Origin: an uncultured Polyangiaceae bacterium
GTDB lineage: Bacteria > Myxococcota_A > Polyangia > Polyangiales > Houyiibacteriaceae
Reading direction: 5' to 3'
DNA: 28,265 nucleotides
NCBI GenBank assembly: GCA_947259605.1
Contig: CAMYMX010000001.1
Location: 1-28,265, forward strand
Below are positions 1-8,739 of the stretch, piece by piece. Both the position numbers and the translations under genes were made by a program. Below the pieces are notes generated by a model, which was not told where the DNA came from, made no database searches, and saw only the letters and a list, made by a program, of their open reading frames with translations. Position 1 is the stretch's first letter. Each line of letters starts with the position of its first letter.

Positions 1-2
1 TG

Positions 3-1142
3 ATTCGCCCTGAACGCTTCGGCGAGCCCAAGCAATCGTTTCAAGCCGAAGCGCTACCTGTATGGGAGCTCGGTCCCGGCGAGGTTCTGGTGCAGGTCAT
101 GGCTGCCGGCGTGAACTTCAACGGCATCTGGGCCGGGCTTGGCCAGCCGGTCAACATCCTCAAGAGCCACGGGCTGGACTTCCACATCGCCGGCTCCGAT
201 GCTTCCGGCGTGGTCTGGGCGGTTGGACCGGGGGTGGACGACCACAAGGTCGGCGACGAGGTGGTGCTCCATTGCAACCATCTGGTGTACCCGGGCACCA
301 ACGATCTCCAAACGATTTGGGGCTACGAGACACCCGACGGCTCCTTTGCGCAGTTCACGAAGGTGCAGGGGCAACAGGTCCTACCCAAACCGCCGCAGCT
401 CAGCTGGGAAGAGGCCGCCAGCTACGGACTCACGTATTACACGGCGCACCGAATGCTCATCGACCGCGCCAAGATCCAGCCTGGCGAGGACGTCCTGATC
501 TGGGGCGCCGGCGGCGGCCTCGGCGTCTTCGCGGTGCAGCTCTGTGCGGTCGCGGGCGCACGCGCCATCGCAGTGGTGTCGAGCGATGACAAGGCCGAGC
601 TCTGCATGCAGCTCGGGGCTCACGGCGTGATTAACCGCAGGGAGTTCCCGGGCGTTCAGTACAAGGACAACATGACCCCGGAGGAACAGAAAGCGCATAG
701 CGCCGACCTCAAGGGCTTCGGCAAGCGTATTTGGGAGATTCTCGGGGAACGAAAGGGTCCCGAAGTGGTCTTCGAGCACGTCGGCAAGGCCACCTTCCCT
801 GCTAGTGTGTTTCTCGCGGCGAAGTTCGGCCGCATCGTGATCTGTGGCGCAACCACAGGCTACAACCTCAACTTCGACGTGCGTCACCTCTGGATGCGCC
901 AAAAGCAGATCATCGGTTCGCACTTCGCGGATGCCGACTCCGCGAGCCGGGCCAATCGCCTCGTCATTCAGGGCAAGATCAAGCCTGTGATGACGCGCCT
1001 GTTCACTTGGGAAGAGATTCCCGAGGCGCACCAGCTCATGTATGAGAACAAGCTTCACGGTACCGTTTCCTGCCTCGTCGGCGCGCCACGGCCCGGACTC
1101 AAAAACCTCGAAGAAACCCGCGCCGCGATCGCGAACGGTTAG
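3..1142 (+). CDS. ccr: Crotonyl-CoA carboxylase/reductase (5'-truncated by window edge)
   Basis: The frame is open from position 3 (IRPERFGEPKQ...EVLVQVMAAGVNFNGIWAGLG), so the track's start at 90 is internal. It carries the Ccr motifs VMAAGVNxNGIW, HIAGSDASG, IWGYETPDGSFAQF, WGAGGGLG (NADPH binding), FDVRHLWMRQK and GSHFA. The CO2-binding Asn, aromatic-Glu pair and His are present. Confidence 0.92.
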   Translation: MRPERFGEPKQSFQAEALPVWELGPGEVLVQVMAAGVNFNGIWAGLGQPVNILKSHGLDFHIAGSDASGVVWAVGPGVDDHKVGDEVVLHCNHLVYPGTNDLQTIWGYETPDGSFAQFTKVQGQQVLPKPPQLSWEEAASYGLTYYTAHRMLIDRAKIQPGEDVLIWGAGGGLGVFAVQLCAVAGARAIAVVSSDDKAELCMQLGAHGVINRREFPGVQYKDNMTPEEQKAHSADLKGFGKRIWEILGERKGPEVVFEHVGKATFPASVFLAAKFGRIVICGATTGYNLNFDVRHLWMRQKQIIGSHFADADSASRANRLVIQGKIKPVMTRLFTWEEIPEAHQLMYENKLHGTVSCLVGAPRPGLKNLEETRAAIANG

Positions 1143-1151
1143 GAGAAGTTC

Positions 1152-2765
1152 ATGCAGAAAGTCATCGAAGCCATCGAGGCCGTCTACCAGCGCGCGCACG
1201 ATCACGTCAAAGCGCTCGTCTTCGAAGGGGATCGAATCAGCGCGAAGAAGCTCAACGCCCACCAACTGGCCGCGCACGCCGTCGCGTACCTGGCCACCGA
1301 GCTCGAAGCCTGCCGTCAGTTGGCCGCTTGGGCCGACCGAGTCGGGGGTGAATACGAGGGTAAGGTGGCGCGCGCGTACATCGGGGAGGTCGCGCGTTCG
1401 ATCGTCGGGGGTGTCGATCTCGGCGCCTGCGAAAACATCAGCCTCAGCGAGGTCGGTATCAGCGAGGGCGACCTGCGCGAAACGCTGCTTCGGCCCGAAG
1501 TCACCGGGTTTTCTGAAGAGCACGCCAGTGGCCAAGTCTACCTGGAGCTCGCGGCGCACGCGCGGGACCACGGCTTCCCGAATCGTGGCTTCGGCGATGA
1601 GATGCTCGACGAGATTCGCTCGCAGTTCTCGAAGTTCGTGGACGCCGCCGTCATTCCAAAGGCACAGGACATCCACCGCAACGACGTCTTGATTCCGATG
1701 GACATCCTCGATCAGATGAGCGAGCTCGGCGTGTTCGGGCTCACGATTCCCGAAGAGTACGGCGGCCTCGGGATGACCAAAGTCGCGATGTGCGTCGTCA
1801 CCGAGGAGCTCTCGCGCGGCTACATCGGCGTAGGCTCCCTTGGGACACGTGCCGAAATCGCAGCCGAGCTCATCCTCTGCGGCGGAACCGAAGAGCAAAA
1901 ACAAAAGTGGCTGCCAAAGATCTCCGCCGGTGAGGTTCTGTCCACCGCGGTCTTCACCGAGCCGAATACCGGCTCGGACCTCGCCCACCTCGGAACGCGC
2001 GCGGTCAAGCAGGCAGACGGAAGCTACGTCGTCAACGGCGCGAAAACCTGGATCACCCATGCAGTGCGGGCCGACCTGATGACCTTGCTGGCACGAACGA
2101 ACTCGGATGAACCCGGATACAAGGGGCTCTCGATGTTCCTCGCGGAGAAGACACGCTTGACAGGCGAAGACGGCGAGCCCGAGTTCGTCGACGAGGGGCT
2201 CACCGGCACCGAGATCAAAGTGCTCGGCTACCGCGGCATGAAGGAATACGAGCTGAGCTTCGAAGGCTTCCAGGTGCCCGCCGACTCATTACTCGGCGGC
2301 GAGGAGGGCGCCGGCTTCAAGCAGCTGATGCAAACGTTCGAGAGCGCCCGCATTCAGACGGCTGCACGCGGCGTCGGGCTCGCCCAAGCGGCGCTCGAAG
2401 ACGCCATCCTGTACGCCACCGAGCGCGAGCAGTTCGGTGGGCCCATCTTCCAGTTCCCGCGCGTCGCGCGCAAGATCGGCCGCATGGTCTGTCGCATCGA
2501 AGCCGGCCGCCAGCTCACCTACTTCAGCGCACGTGAGAAGGACCAAGAGAAGCGCTGCGACCTCGAAGCAGGCATGGCCAAGCTCTTGGCGACTCGCTGT
2601 GCGTGGGAGTCGTCCGACGCCAACGTTCAGATTCACGGCGGAAACGGCTACGCTGAGGAGTACACCGCTTCCCGGCTCCTGGTCGATTCCAGAGTGCTCA
2701 GCATCTTCGAGGGCGCCAACGAGATCCAAGCGCACGTCGTCGCGCGACGGCTCCTCGAAAGCTGA
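1152..2765 (+). CDS. mcd: (2S)-methylsuccinyl-CoA dehydrogenase (acyl-CoA dehydrogenase with Mcd-type N-terminal extension)
   Basis: 537 aa. Has a ~160-aa N-terminal extension (AAHAVAYLATELEACRQLAAW) and the motifs TAVFTEPNTGSDL, KTWITHA, EIKVLGYRGMKEYEL, GFKQLMQTFESARIQTAARG and IFEGANEIQ, which match Mcd as I know it. SD AGGAG overlaps the ccr stop, 9 nt gap. Confidence 0.85.
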   Translation: MQKVIEAIEAVYQRAHDHVKALVFEGDRISAKKLNAHQLAAHAVAYLATELEACRQLAAWADRVGGEYEGKVARAYIGEVARSIVGGVDLGACENISLSEVGISEGDLRETLLRPEVTGFSEEHASGQVYLELAAHARDHGFPNRGFGDEMLDEIRSQFSKFVDAAVIPKAQDIHRNDVLIPMDILDQMSELGVFGLTIPEEYGGLGMTKVAMCVVTEELSRGYIGVGSLGTRAEIAAELILCGGTEEQKQKWLPKISAGEVLSTAVFTEPNTGSDLAHLGTRAVKQADGSYVVNGAKTWITHAVRADLMTLLARTNSDEPGYKGLSMFLAEKTRLTGEDGEPEFVDEGLTGTEIKVLGYRGMKEYELSFEGFQVPADSLLGGEEGAGFKQLMQTFESARIQTAARGVGLAQAALEDAILYATEREQFGGPIFQFPRVARKIGRMVCRIEAGRQLTYFSAREKDQEKRCDLEAGMAKLLATRCAWESSDANVQIHGGNGYAEEYTASRLLVDSRVLSIFEGANEIQAHVVARRLLES

Positions 2766-2790
2766 CGCGCGCCGCCAAAGCGGCCATACT
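2762..2790 (+). promoter_or_regulatory. Candidate sigma70-type promoter for a leaderless GT-C transcript
   Basis: CTGACG (2762-2767), 17 nt, CATACT (2785-2790), then ATG at 2799 eight nt later. No Shine-Dalgarno upstream of that ATG. Confidence 0.4.
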
Positions 2791-2798
2791 GGCCCGGC

Positions 2799-4505
2799 AT
2801 GAAGCCTGATCGCATCGGCGAGGGGCGAAGGCTCGTACGCATCGCCTTTGCCATGTTGCTCGCTGTGCAGGTCTTTTTGGCCGTGTGGGGGATCGCCGAT
2901 CAATGGACGCGAGGCCACAACGGCTGGAACGGTGCCGCGTACCACAACGCCGCTCGGAACACCTTGCGCTGGAACGTGCTTTTCCCGCTCCAGTATGACA
3001 CGGCCAACGTACCGCCGAGCAAGGACCAACTCTACACCCACCACCCGCTTGCACTACACTTGCACAACGTCGTCAGTGTGAAGCTGTTTGGGGACCGTGA
3101 GGTGTCGATCCGGCTGGTAGCGGGCTTCTGGAGCGTGGCGATCGTCTGCATGCTCTTCGCCGTAGTGAGACGACTCTGGGACGACGCCCATGCCCTCGCT
3201 GCGTCGGCAATCTATGTCGCGCTTCCGATCAACGCGATCTATACGAACATGGCCAACAACTCGGCCGGCTTCATTTTCTGGATCCTGCTGACGCTCTATC
3301 TCTACATCAGAGCCAGCCGCACCCTGCCCTGGTCATGGACAGCCTTCACGGCGTTCCTTGCTTCCTTCGGCATGGCCGCCATCTGGGACTGGCCGGCCTA
3401 CTACATTGCGTTCTGCATTGCCCTACACTGGGCATGGTCCCTCTATCGGCCCGGGAGTGGCGTGCCCGCACGGGGGTCAACGACGCAACTCGGGATGTTC
3501 TGCTTCTGGGTGTTGGCGTTGTTCGTGGGGCACTTCGTGTTGGTCGAAGTGCTCACCGGAAATCTCGATGAGCTGAGGGGGACGTTCAACGCTCGGCGTG
3601 CCCTCTCCTGGACTCGGTTTCGAACGCATTTGCTAGTCGTGCCAGAGCTCATGTTCACGGCGCCCGTGCTCGGGCTTTGTCTCGCCTGGGTCGCGTTCTG
3701 GCTTCGGCGAGTCGTTCGGAGCGAGGCAAAGCCCCGCGATTTGCTCCCGGTCGCGTTTTTCTTCGCAGGCATGGTTCACTATTGGACCTTTCGCTGGAGC
3801 GCAATCGTTCATTCCTACTGGGCCTGGACGATGCTTCCAGCCGTCGCGATCGCTGTCACGACCTCGCTCTTCGAAACGGCACGCTTGATTCGCACGCGCG
3901 CGGGGCAATTGGCGAGCCTCAGCGTTCTGCTCCTCCTGGTTCCTTTGGCGATCCGGGACGTTCAACTCGTCCCCACGGGCCGCTACGTCGGCGGCTCAAT
4001 GTGGTTCTTCACTTCGGTGCGAGGCACGATCGATCAATTCGACTCGGGCCGGCCCGAGCTCCGCTTTGCGAGGCGGGTCAAGGCCTGGACCGATCGGAGC
4101 ACCGGCGTCCAACTTCATACGAGCCTGAAGCAGTTTCGGCTCGAGCCGCGTTTCGACATTACCCTCGACCGCGTGACCCACCGCTGGTCACAGAACCCAC
4201 GAACCGAGATCTCCAACGAACAGGGAGCGACCGGCTGGGTCTTTGTCGCCGCCGTCGACGCCTTTTCGGAGGAGGAACGGGCTGGGTTCGCTTCGCGTCA
4301 TCCGTATCGGCAGTACGGCGACTACTTCATGTTGGACCTGCGGCGCGAGGCCCGCGACATCGAAGTCTGGGGCCTGACGCCGGTTCAGTTCAGTCCTCGG
4401 TGGCGCCTGTTGCACACCGCGTTCGAGCCACCCATGAGAGCGACGCGAATGATTGGGGCCGAACAGTCCCTCGACCAAAAGGTGGCGGAGCTCGATGCCC
4501 CCTAA
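2799..4505 (+). CDS. GT-C fold integral-membrane glycosyltransferase (ArnT/PMT-like, GT39/GT83-like)
   Basis: 568 aa with many hydrophobic helices. First loop DQWTRGHNGWNGAAY...ARN...YTHHPLA, then E-x-S-I-R (REVSIRL) and WDWPAYY, typical of lipid-linked-sugar GT-C enzymes. Ends in a soluble C-terminal domain. Confidence 0.72.
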   Translation: MKPDRIGEGRRLVRIAFAMLLAVQVFLAVWGIADQWTRGHNGWNGAAYHNAARNTLRWNVLFPLQYDTANVPPSKDQLYTHHPLALHLHNVVSVKLFGDREVSIRLVAGFWSVAIVCMLFAVVRRLWDDAHALAASAIYVALPINAIYTNMANNSAGFIFWILLTLYLYIRASRTLPWSWTAFTAFLASFGMAAIWDWPAYYIAFCIALHWAWSLYRPGSGVPARGSTTQLGMFCFWVLALFVGHFVLVEVLTGNLDELRGTFNARRALSWTRFRTHLLVVPELMFTAPVLGLCLAWVAFWLRRVVRSEAKPRDLLPVAFFFAGMVHYWTFRWSAIVHSYWAWTMLPAVAIAVTTSLFETARLIRTRAGQLASLSVLLLLVPLAIRDVQLVPTGRYVGGSMWFFTSVRGTIDQFDSGRPELRFARRVKAWTDRSTGVQLHTSLKQFRLEPRFDITLDRVTHRWSQNPRTEISNEQGATGWVFVAAVDAFSEEERAGFASRHPYRQYGDYFMLDLRREARDIEVWGLTPVQFSPRWRLLHTAFEPPMRATRMIGAEQSLDQKVAELDAP

Positions 4506-6519
4506 GCCCTTTGACTCGATTCTGATGCTCTGGTCGGGGGCCTACCTGGGCGCTGTCTTCTTCTTGGTGGCAGGTCTCCTTCCGCAGGGCACCGTTTCGA
4601 TCGGCCTGCTCGCGCAGCTGTCTTGGCTCGCGGTCGTCGGCTCGATACCCACCACCCTCGCTCTCGCCGCAGCGTCACGGGTGGCGAGTGGGACGCGTCC
4701 CATCATCGTCGCGTCAACCCTCGTGTTGGTTGCGCTGACCATGGCTGTCGGCTGGGAACACGTCGACTTTCTGCTCTCCGGACCACGGTGGCTCGATCAT
4801 CCTCGCCGCCCGCTGCTGCAAGTTGCGATGCTGTCCGTGCTGGGCCTGCTCGCTGGAGCCGGCTGGCTTTGGTTGATTCTGGGGATTCGAGTTCGGAGGC
4901 CTGCACAGCAGGCGACCTGGATCGCCTTCAGCATCGTTGCGGTCGGCCTGCTCACCGCCGCGATCGTGCGCTACCGGGCCTACGACTACTCGATCGCCCA
5001 GCTCGTCTTCCCAGCCGGGCTCCTGAGCGGCGCAATTCTTTACCTCATCATTCGAAATTCGCCGCGCCGAATCATTGCCGTAGGCTTGGCCGCGGTCTGC
5101 CTACTTTTCGGCGTCGGCTCGCGCTTCGCGCCCGCTCTCGTGACGACCGGCCAACGGGAGGTGATCGCGCAGAGCCGGGCCGGTGCTCTGGCGACCCTGT
5201 ACGTGCTGCCTCACGTGAGCCAAGGGACGGGCCTTCAGCACAGCGGAGCGGGTTGCCCAGAGCCGAAACCTATCCTCGAGACTTCGCCGATCGGCATACT
5301 GCCCGACGGGCGACGGAACGTGATCCTGATCACCGTCGATGCCCTGCGGAAAGACGTCGTGGGGCGGGTGCGAGATGGACGCCCGGTCACTCCCCAACTG
5401 TCGAAACTAGCGACGAATGGCGTGTCTTTCGTCAATGCGACGTCGACGTATCCGGCGACCCTCTTCGCCGTGGGCAGCGCGTTTACAGGACTTAGCCCGG
5501 CAGAGCTCTACCTCTCGCCGTCCTTGCCCGAAACGATCTTCACGCGCTCCCGCGCCCACATCGACCAGCAGATCGCGGTCCTTCCGGATGTGACTTGGTT
5601 TCGTCTCCCGATCGTGCGGCAGTTTCTCGCCCCCGGTGTCGAAACCAAATTCGCGGCCACCGACGCAGACGCGACCGATGCGCTCGTCGCCCGCCTCCGC
5701 CAAGCGCGTCAAGACGACGCGTCGGTGATGGCCTGGGTGCACTACTACGCTCCACACGACCCCTACGAGTCACACGCTGGATTCGCCTTCGGAGACGGAA
5801 AGAGAAACGCTTACCTCAGCGAGGTCGCCTACTTCGATCGGGAGCTCGGCCGCTTGATGGGCTACTTGGAAGCGGACCGCTGGCTCGAAGACAGTCTGGT
5901 GATCTTCTTTTCGGATCACGGTGAAGCACTGGGCGAAAGATCTTACTGGGGGCATCACGTGTACTTGAACGGCTGGATGGTGGACGTGCCGCTGGTGCTC
6001 TGGCACTCGGCCTTCGCGCCCTCCGAGCCCCGCGTCGGTGTCAGCCTCGCCGATGTCGCGCCGAGCGTCCTTCATTTCCTCGGGCTGCCGCTGCCGTCCG
6101 ACATCGCAGCGCGGAGTCTATTCACGCTCGATCCGGAGCTGCCTAACCGTGCGTCGTTTTCCGAAGCCTTTCCAGTCCGCGGCCGAGAGCTTTTTGATAG
6201 TTTTTGCCTCCCTGCCCTCGACGATGCGACAATTCGCGAGCGACTCCGGAGCATTCGCGTGTCTAGCAAGGGGTACGAGCCCAAGGGCGCCGTCAGCCTC
6301 GATGGGTACCGGCTCATCCATCATCGCGGCGCGGACGAGGCGTTCTTTTTCGACCTTGAAAGCAATCCGGGCGAGGACCCCGGCCTTCAAACGGCCAATT
6401 CGGAAGCTCGCCGAAAGCTCGAAGCCGAGCTGGATAGTTGGGAGCAAGCGCAGCTGAGACGCATCCAGTGCCGGCTGCAGCTCAGCGGGGATCGGGTGAA
6501 GACACCTCGTCCTCAATGA
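4495..6519 (+). CDS. Membrane-anchored sulfatase-like hydrolase/transferase (alkaline phosphatase superfamily)
   Basis: About 7 N-terminal hydrophobic segments, then NVILITVDALRKD, TYPATLFA...AFTG, HYYAPHDPY, FFSDHGE, GHH and DVPL. ATG at 4495 (GGAG upstream) overlaps the GT-C stop at 4503-4505 and is preferred to the track's TTG at 4453. Confidence 0.8.
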   Translation: MPPKPFDSILMLWSGAYLGAVFFLVAGLLPQGTVSIGLLAQLSWLAVVGSIPTTLALAAASRVASGTRPIIVASTLVLVALTMAVGWEHVDFLLSGPRWLDHPRRPLLQVAMLSVLGLLAGAGWLWLILGIRVRRPAQQATWIAFSIVAVGLLTAAIVRYRAYDYSIAQLVFPAGLLSGAILYLIIRNSPRRIIAVGLAAVCLLFGVGSRFAPALVTTGQREVIAQSRAGALATLYVLPHVSQGTGLQHSGAGCPEPKPILETSPIGILPDGRRNVILITVDALRKDVVGRVRDGRPVTPQLSKLATNGVSFVNATSTYPATLFAVGSAFTGLSPAELYLSPSLPETIFTRSRAHIDQQIAVLPDVTWFRLPIVRQFLAPGVETKFAATDADATDALVARLRQARQDDASVMAWVHYYAPHDPYESHAGFAFGDGKRNAYLSEVAYFDRELGRLMGYLEADRWLEDSLVIFFSDHGEALGERSYWGHHVYLNGWMVDVPLVLWHSAFAPSEPRVGVSLADVAPSVLHFLGLPLPSDIAARSLFTLDPELPNRASFSEAFPVRGRELFDSFCLPALDDATIRERLRSIRVSSKGYEPKGAVSLDGYRLIHHRGADEAFFFDLESNPGEDPGLQTANSEARRKLEAELDSWEQAQLRRIQCRLQLSGDRVKTPRPQ

Positions 6520-8659
6520 CGACCGCCCCATCGGAAGTCACATCACCGGCGATCATCGAGAGCCGGGCGTCGTGGAAACGAATCGTCGCTCCTTCACCGG
6601 CAACCGTCGTCGCATAGAGTTGCACCACCAGATGGCTGCCATCTTGTGGCACACCGATCTCGTAGCTCAACCGCCAGCGTTCGCCGCCTCGAAGCTCGAA
6701 GGCCTTTCGCTGGAATTTCAGACGGTCATCGAGGAATACGTCTTGATGGAGCGCAACCGCCGATTGTTCGCCGAAGATTTCGAGATCCAGATCGACGCGC
6801 AGGGTCGTGCCGCCGGGAACCCGGAGATACTGACCGCCGAGGAGCAGCTTCTTGCCATCGACAGCTGGCACCGATACACGCTCCGCGACGAGAAGGTCGA
6901 TCGCCCCAGCCCGCGTCATGTCGGCATGGCCCGAGCGGGAGAGACGGGCCACCTCGGTGAGCAGCTGCCGCGCTCGCTCCGGAGCCGGCTCGCGCTCGCG
7001 ATTCGGACCGAAGGGCAAACCCGCCAGGGGGACCGAGCGCGAACAACTCTGAAACGATTCGTTGCATACCACCGCGCTCCCGGAGGGCTCGAACATCATC
7101 GCGGTCCGGGCATAGGTGTTCCCTGAAAAGACCGGACGCGGCGACTCGTAGTCCCGGAACCAGCTCCGCCCGACGAAACCCTGCGCCTGATGCTGCAAGC
7201 CGAGGAGGTCGGTGACCGAAAGCGCGGTGTCGACGTGCGCGTAGAGGGTGTTGACGCGTTTCGGCATTGGCTCCGGAAGCATGACGATGGCGAACGACCA
7301 ACTCTGGGAGAGCAGCCGCTCCGTGGCGCTCGCAGCCTGCGCCAGCCCAGTCGATTCATCCGAGGTGATGACCACGACCGTGTCGTCTAGTACCCCGCGC
7401 CGATCGAGGTCTCCGAGAAAATCCGCAAGCGCATCGTCGGCCCACCGAAATGCGCGCTCTTGCCTGGTCCGAGCGCGTTCGGCCGTCGCGGTGTCGGGAA
7501 TGGTAAACGGGTGGTGCGTACCGACCGTCAAGAGCGTCGCGAAGAACGGCCGCTCCGCCTCGTGAAGCTCGATCACGCGCGCCAGTGACTGCTCGAAGAA
7601 CGCCTTATCGTCGACGCCCCAGTCGGTTCGCGCATAGCTCCGCTCGAAATAGGGGTCGCCGATGAGCTCCTCGAAGCCGGCCTTTTTCATGAACTGGTCC
7701 TTGAGCATGAAACCGAGGGGCGCCGATTGAATGTAAGCGGTCGCGTATCCCTGTTCCCGAAAGACCTCTGGAAGACAGCGGCGCGCCGCGGCGTAGACCT
7801 GCTCGCTCATCTTGGACTGGTCGCTGAGAAGCTTCGGGTAGTCCCCGCAAAGGATTGCGTACTCCCCGCGGTTGGTCTGCCGCTGATGCGAAACCATGTG
7901 CGTGAACAAAACGTGCCGACGAGCGATCGCGTCGAGCTTGGGCATCTCGATGCTGCTCCGGACACCTTCGGCGGCCGCGACCGAAGGCAGGTGCGCGCCT
8001 GACGCAGCTTCGATCAGAATCAAGAGTACGTTTGGCCGGTTGGACAGCGGCCCCACCCAGCGCGAGCCGTCGAGATTGCCGCGGAACACCTCTCGCACCT
8101 CGGCGCTGATCGCGACTCGGAAGGGGCGCACCGAAGGCGGAAAGATCCCGAGATTGGCCTGAATCGCGTGGCGTTCGCGCCACTCGTCGTGCGTGTACGA
8201 AGTCGGGATGGCCACTTGCCCGAACACGGAAGCCGCGAACCCGAGGCCCCACCATCGCCACCATAGCGAGGCAGGACGTCGCGCCCAAACCGCCCCAAGG
8301 ACCGCGAGGGCCGTGATCGACAGGACCAGCAGGGGGTGGCGTGCGTGCCGGACCGAGCCACCGAGAAACGTCGAATCACCGAGGAAGCCGGCGTGAGTGA
8401 ACGCGTATAGAGAATCGAAAACGGAAATGAACTCGTACATCGCGAAGCTCGAGAAAATGAAAGCGACGAGGAGCGTCAAACTGAGGACGCGCCCCCAGAG
8501 ACGCTGGGTCGCCAGTAGGAGCCCCACGAGCCCGACCAGCAGCAAACCGACCGAAGCGTCGGCCAGAGCGCCGCGCAGGTCGATCGGCGCCAAGGCCAGG
8601 CGCTTTTCGTACAGGAGCAGAGCGCGGGTGAGCCAAGGCGTGGCAACGCACAGCGCCAC
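6482..8659 (-). CDS. LTA synthase (LtaS/OpgB)-family sulfatase-fold membrane protein with extra C-terminal beta-rich domain
   Basis: N-terminal TM helices, then RPNVLLILIEAAS (Glu ligand), HQRQTNRGEYAILCG (Thr nucleophile), LTVGTHHPF and VVITSDES. The start may be the upstream CTG at 8677 (GGAGG 6 nt before it). Confidence 0.75.
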   Translation of the reverse strand: MALCVATPWLTRALLLYEKRLALAPIDLRGALADASVGLLLVGLVGLLLATQRLWGRVLSLTLLVAFIFSSFAMYEFISVFDSLYAFTHAGFLGDSTFLGGSVRHARHPLLVLSITALAVLGAVWARRPASLWWRWWGLGFAASVFGQVAIPTSYTHDEWRERHAIQANLGIFPPSVRPFRVAISAEVREVFRGNLDGSRWVGPLSNRPNVLLILIEAASGAHLPSVAAAEGVRSSIEMPKLDAIARRHVLFTHMVSHQRQTNRGEYAILCGDYPKLLSDQSKMSEQVYAAARRCLPEVFREQGYATAYIQSAPLGFMLKDQFMKKAGFEELIGDPYFERSYARTDWGVDDKAFFEQSLARVIELHEAERPFFATLLTVGTHHPFTIPDTATAERARTRQERAFRWADDALADFLGDLDRRGVLDDTVVVITSDESTGLAQAASATERLLSQSWSFAIVMLPEPMPKRVNTLYAHVDTALSVTDLLGLQHQAQGFVGRSWFRDYESPRPVFSGNTYARTAMMFEPSGSAVVCNESFQSCSRSVPLAGLPFGPNREREPAPERARQLLTEVARLSRSGHADMTRAGAIDLLVAERVSVPAVDGKKLLLGGQYLRVPGGTTLRVDLDLEIFGEQSAVALHQDVFLDDRLKFQRKAFELRGGERWRLSYEIGVPQDGSHLVVQLYATTVAGEGATIRFHDARLSMIAGDVTSDGAVVIEDEVSSPDPR

Positions 8660-8739
8660 GATCAGCCCCCAGCCCAGCTTTCCCCTCCAATCGTCTTGCT
8701 TGGCTTCGATGACGGGAAGTTATGGGCTATGAAAGCGTG

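Noticed and set aside
381-2060. 559-aa antisense ORF over ccr/mcd
   Set aside because: Shadow ORF of high-GC coding sequence with no recognisable motifs. The + strand genes are unambiguous.
2771-2784. GCCGC-CAAA-GCGGC hairpin after mcd as a terminator
   Set aside because: Only a 5-bp stem with no U-tract, and it lies in the spacer of the candidate promoter.
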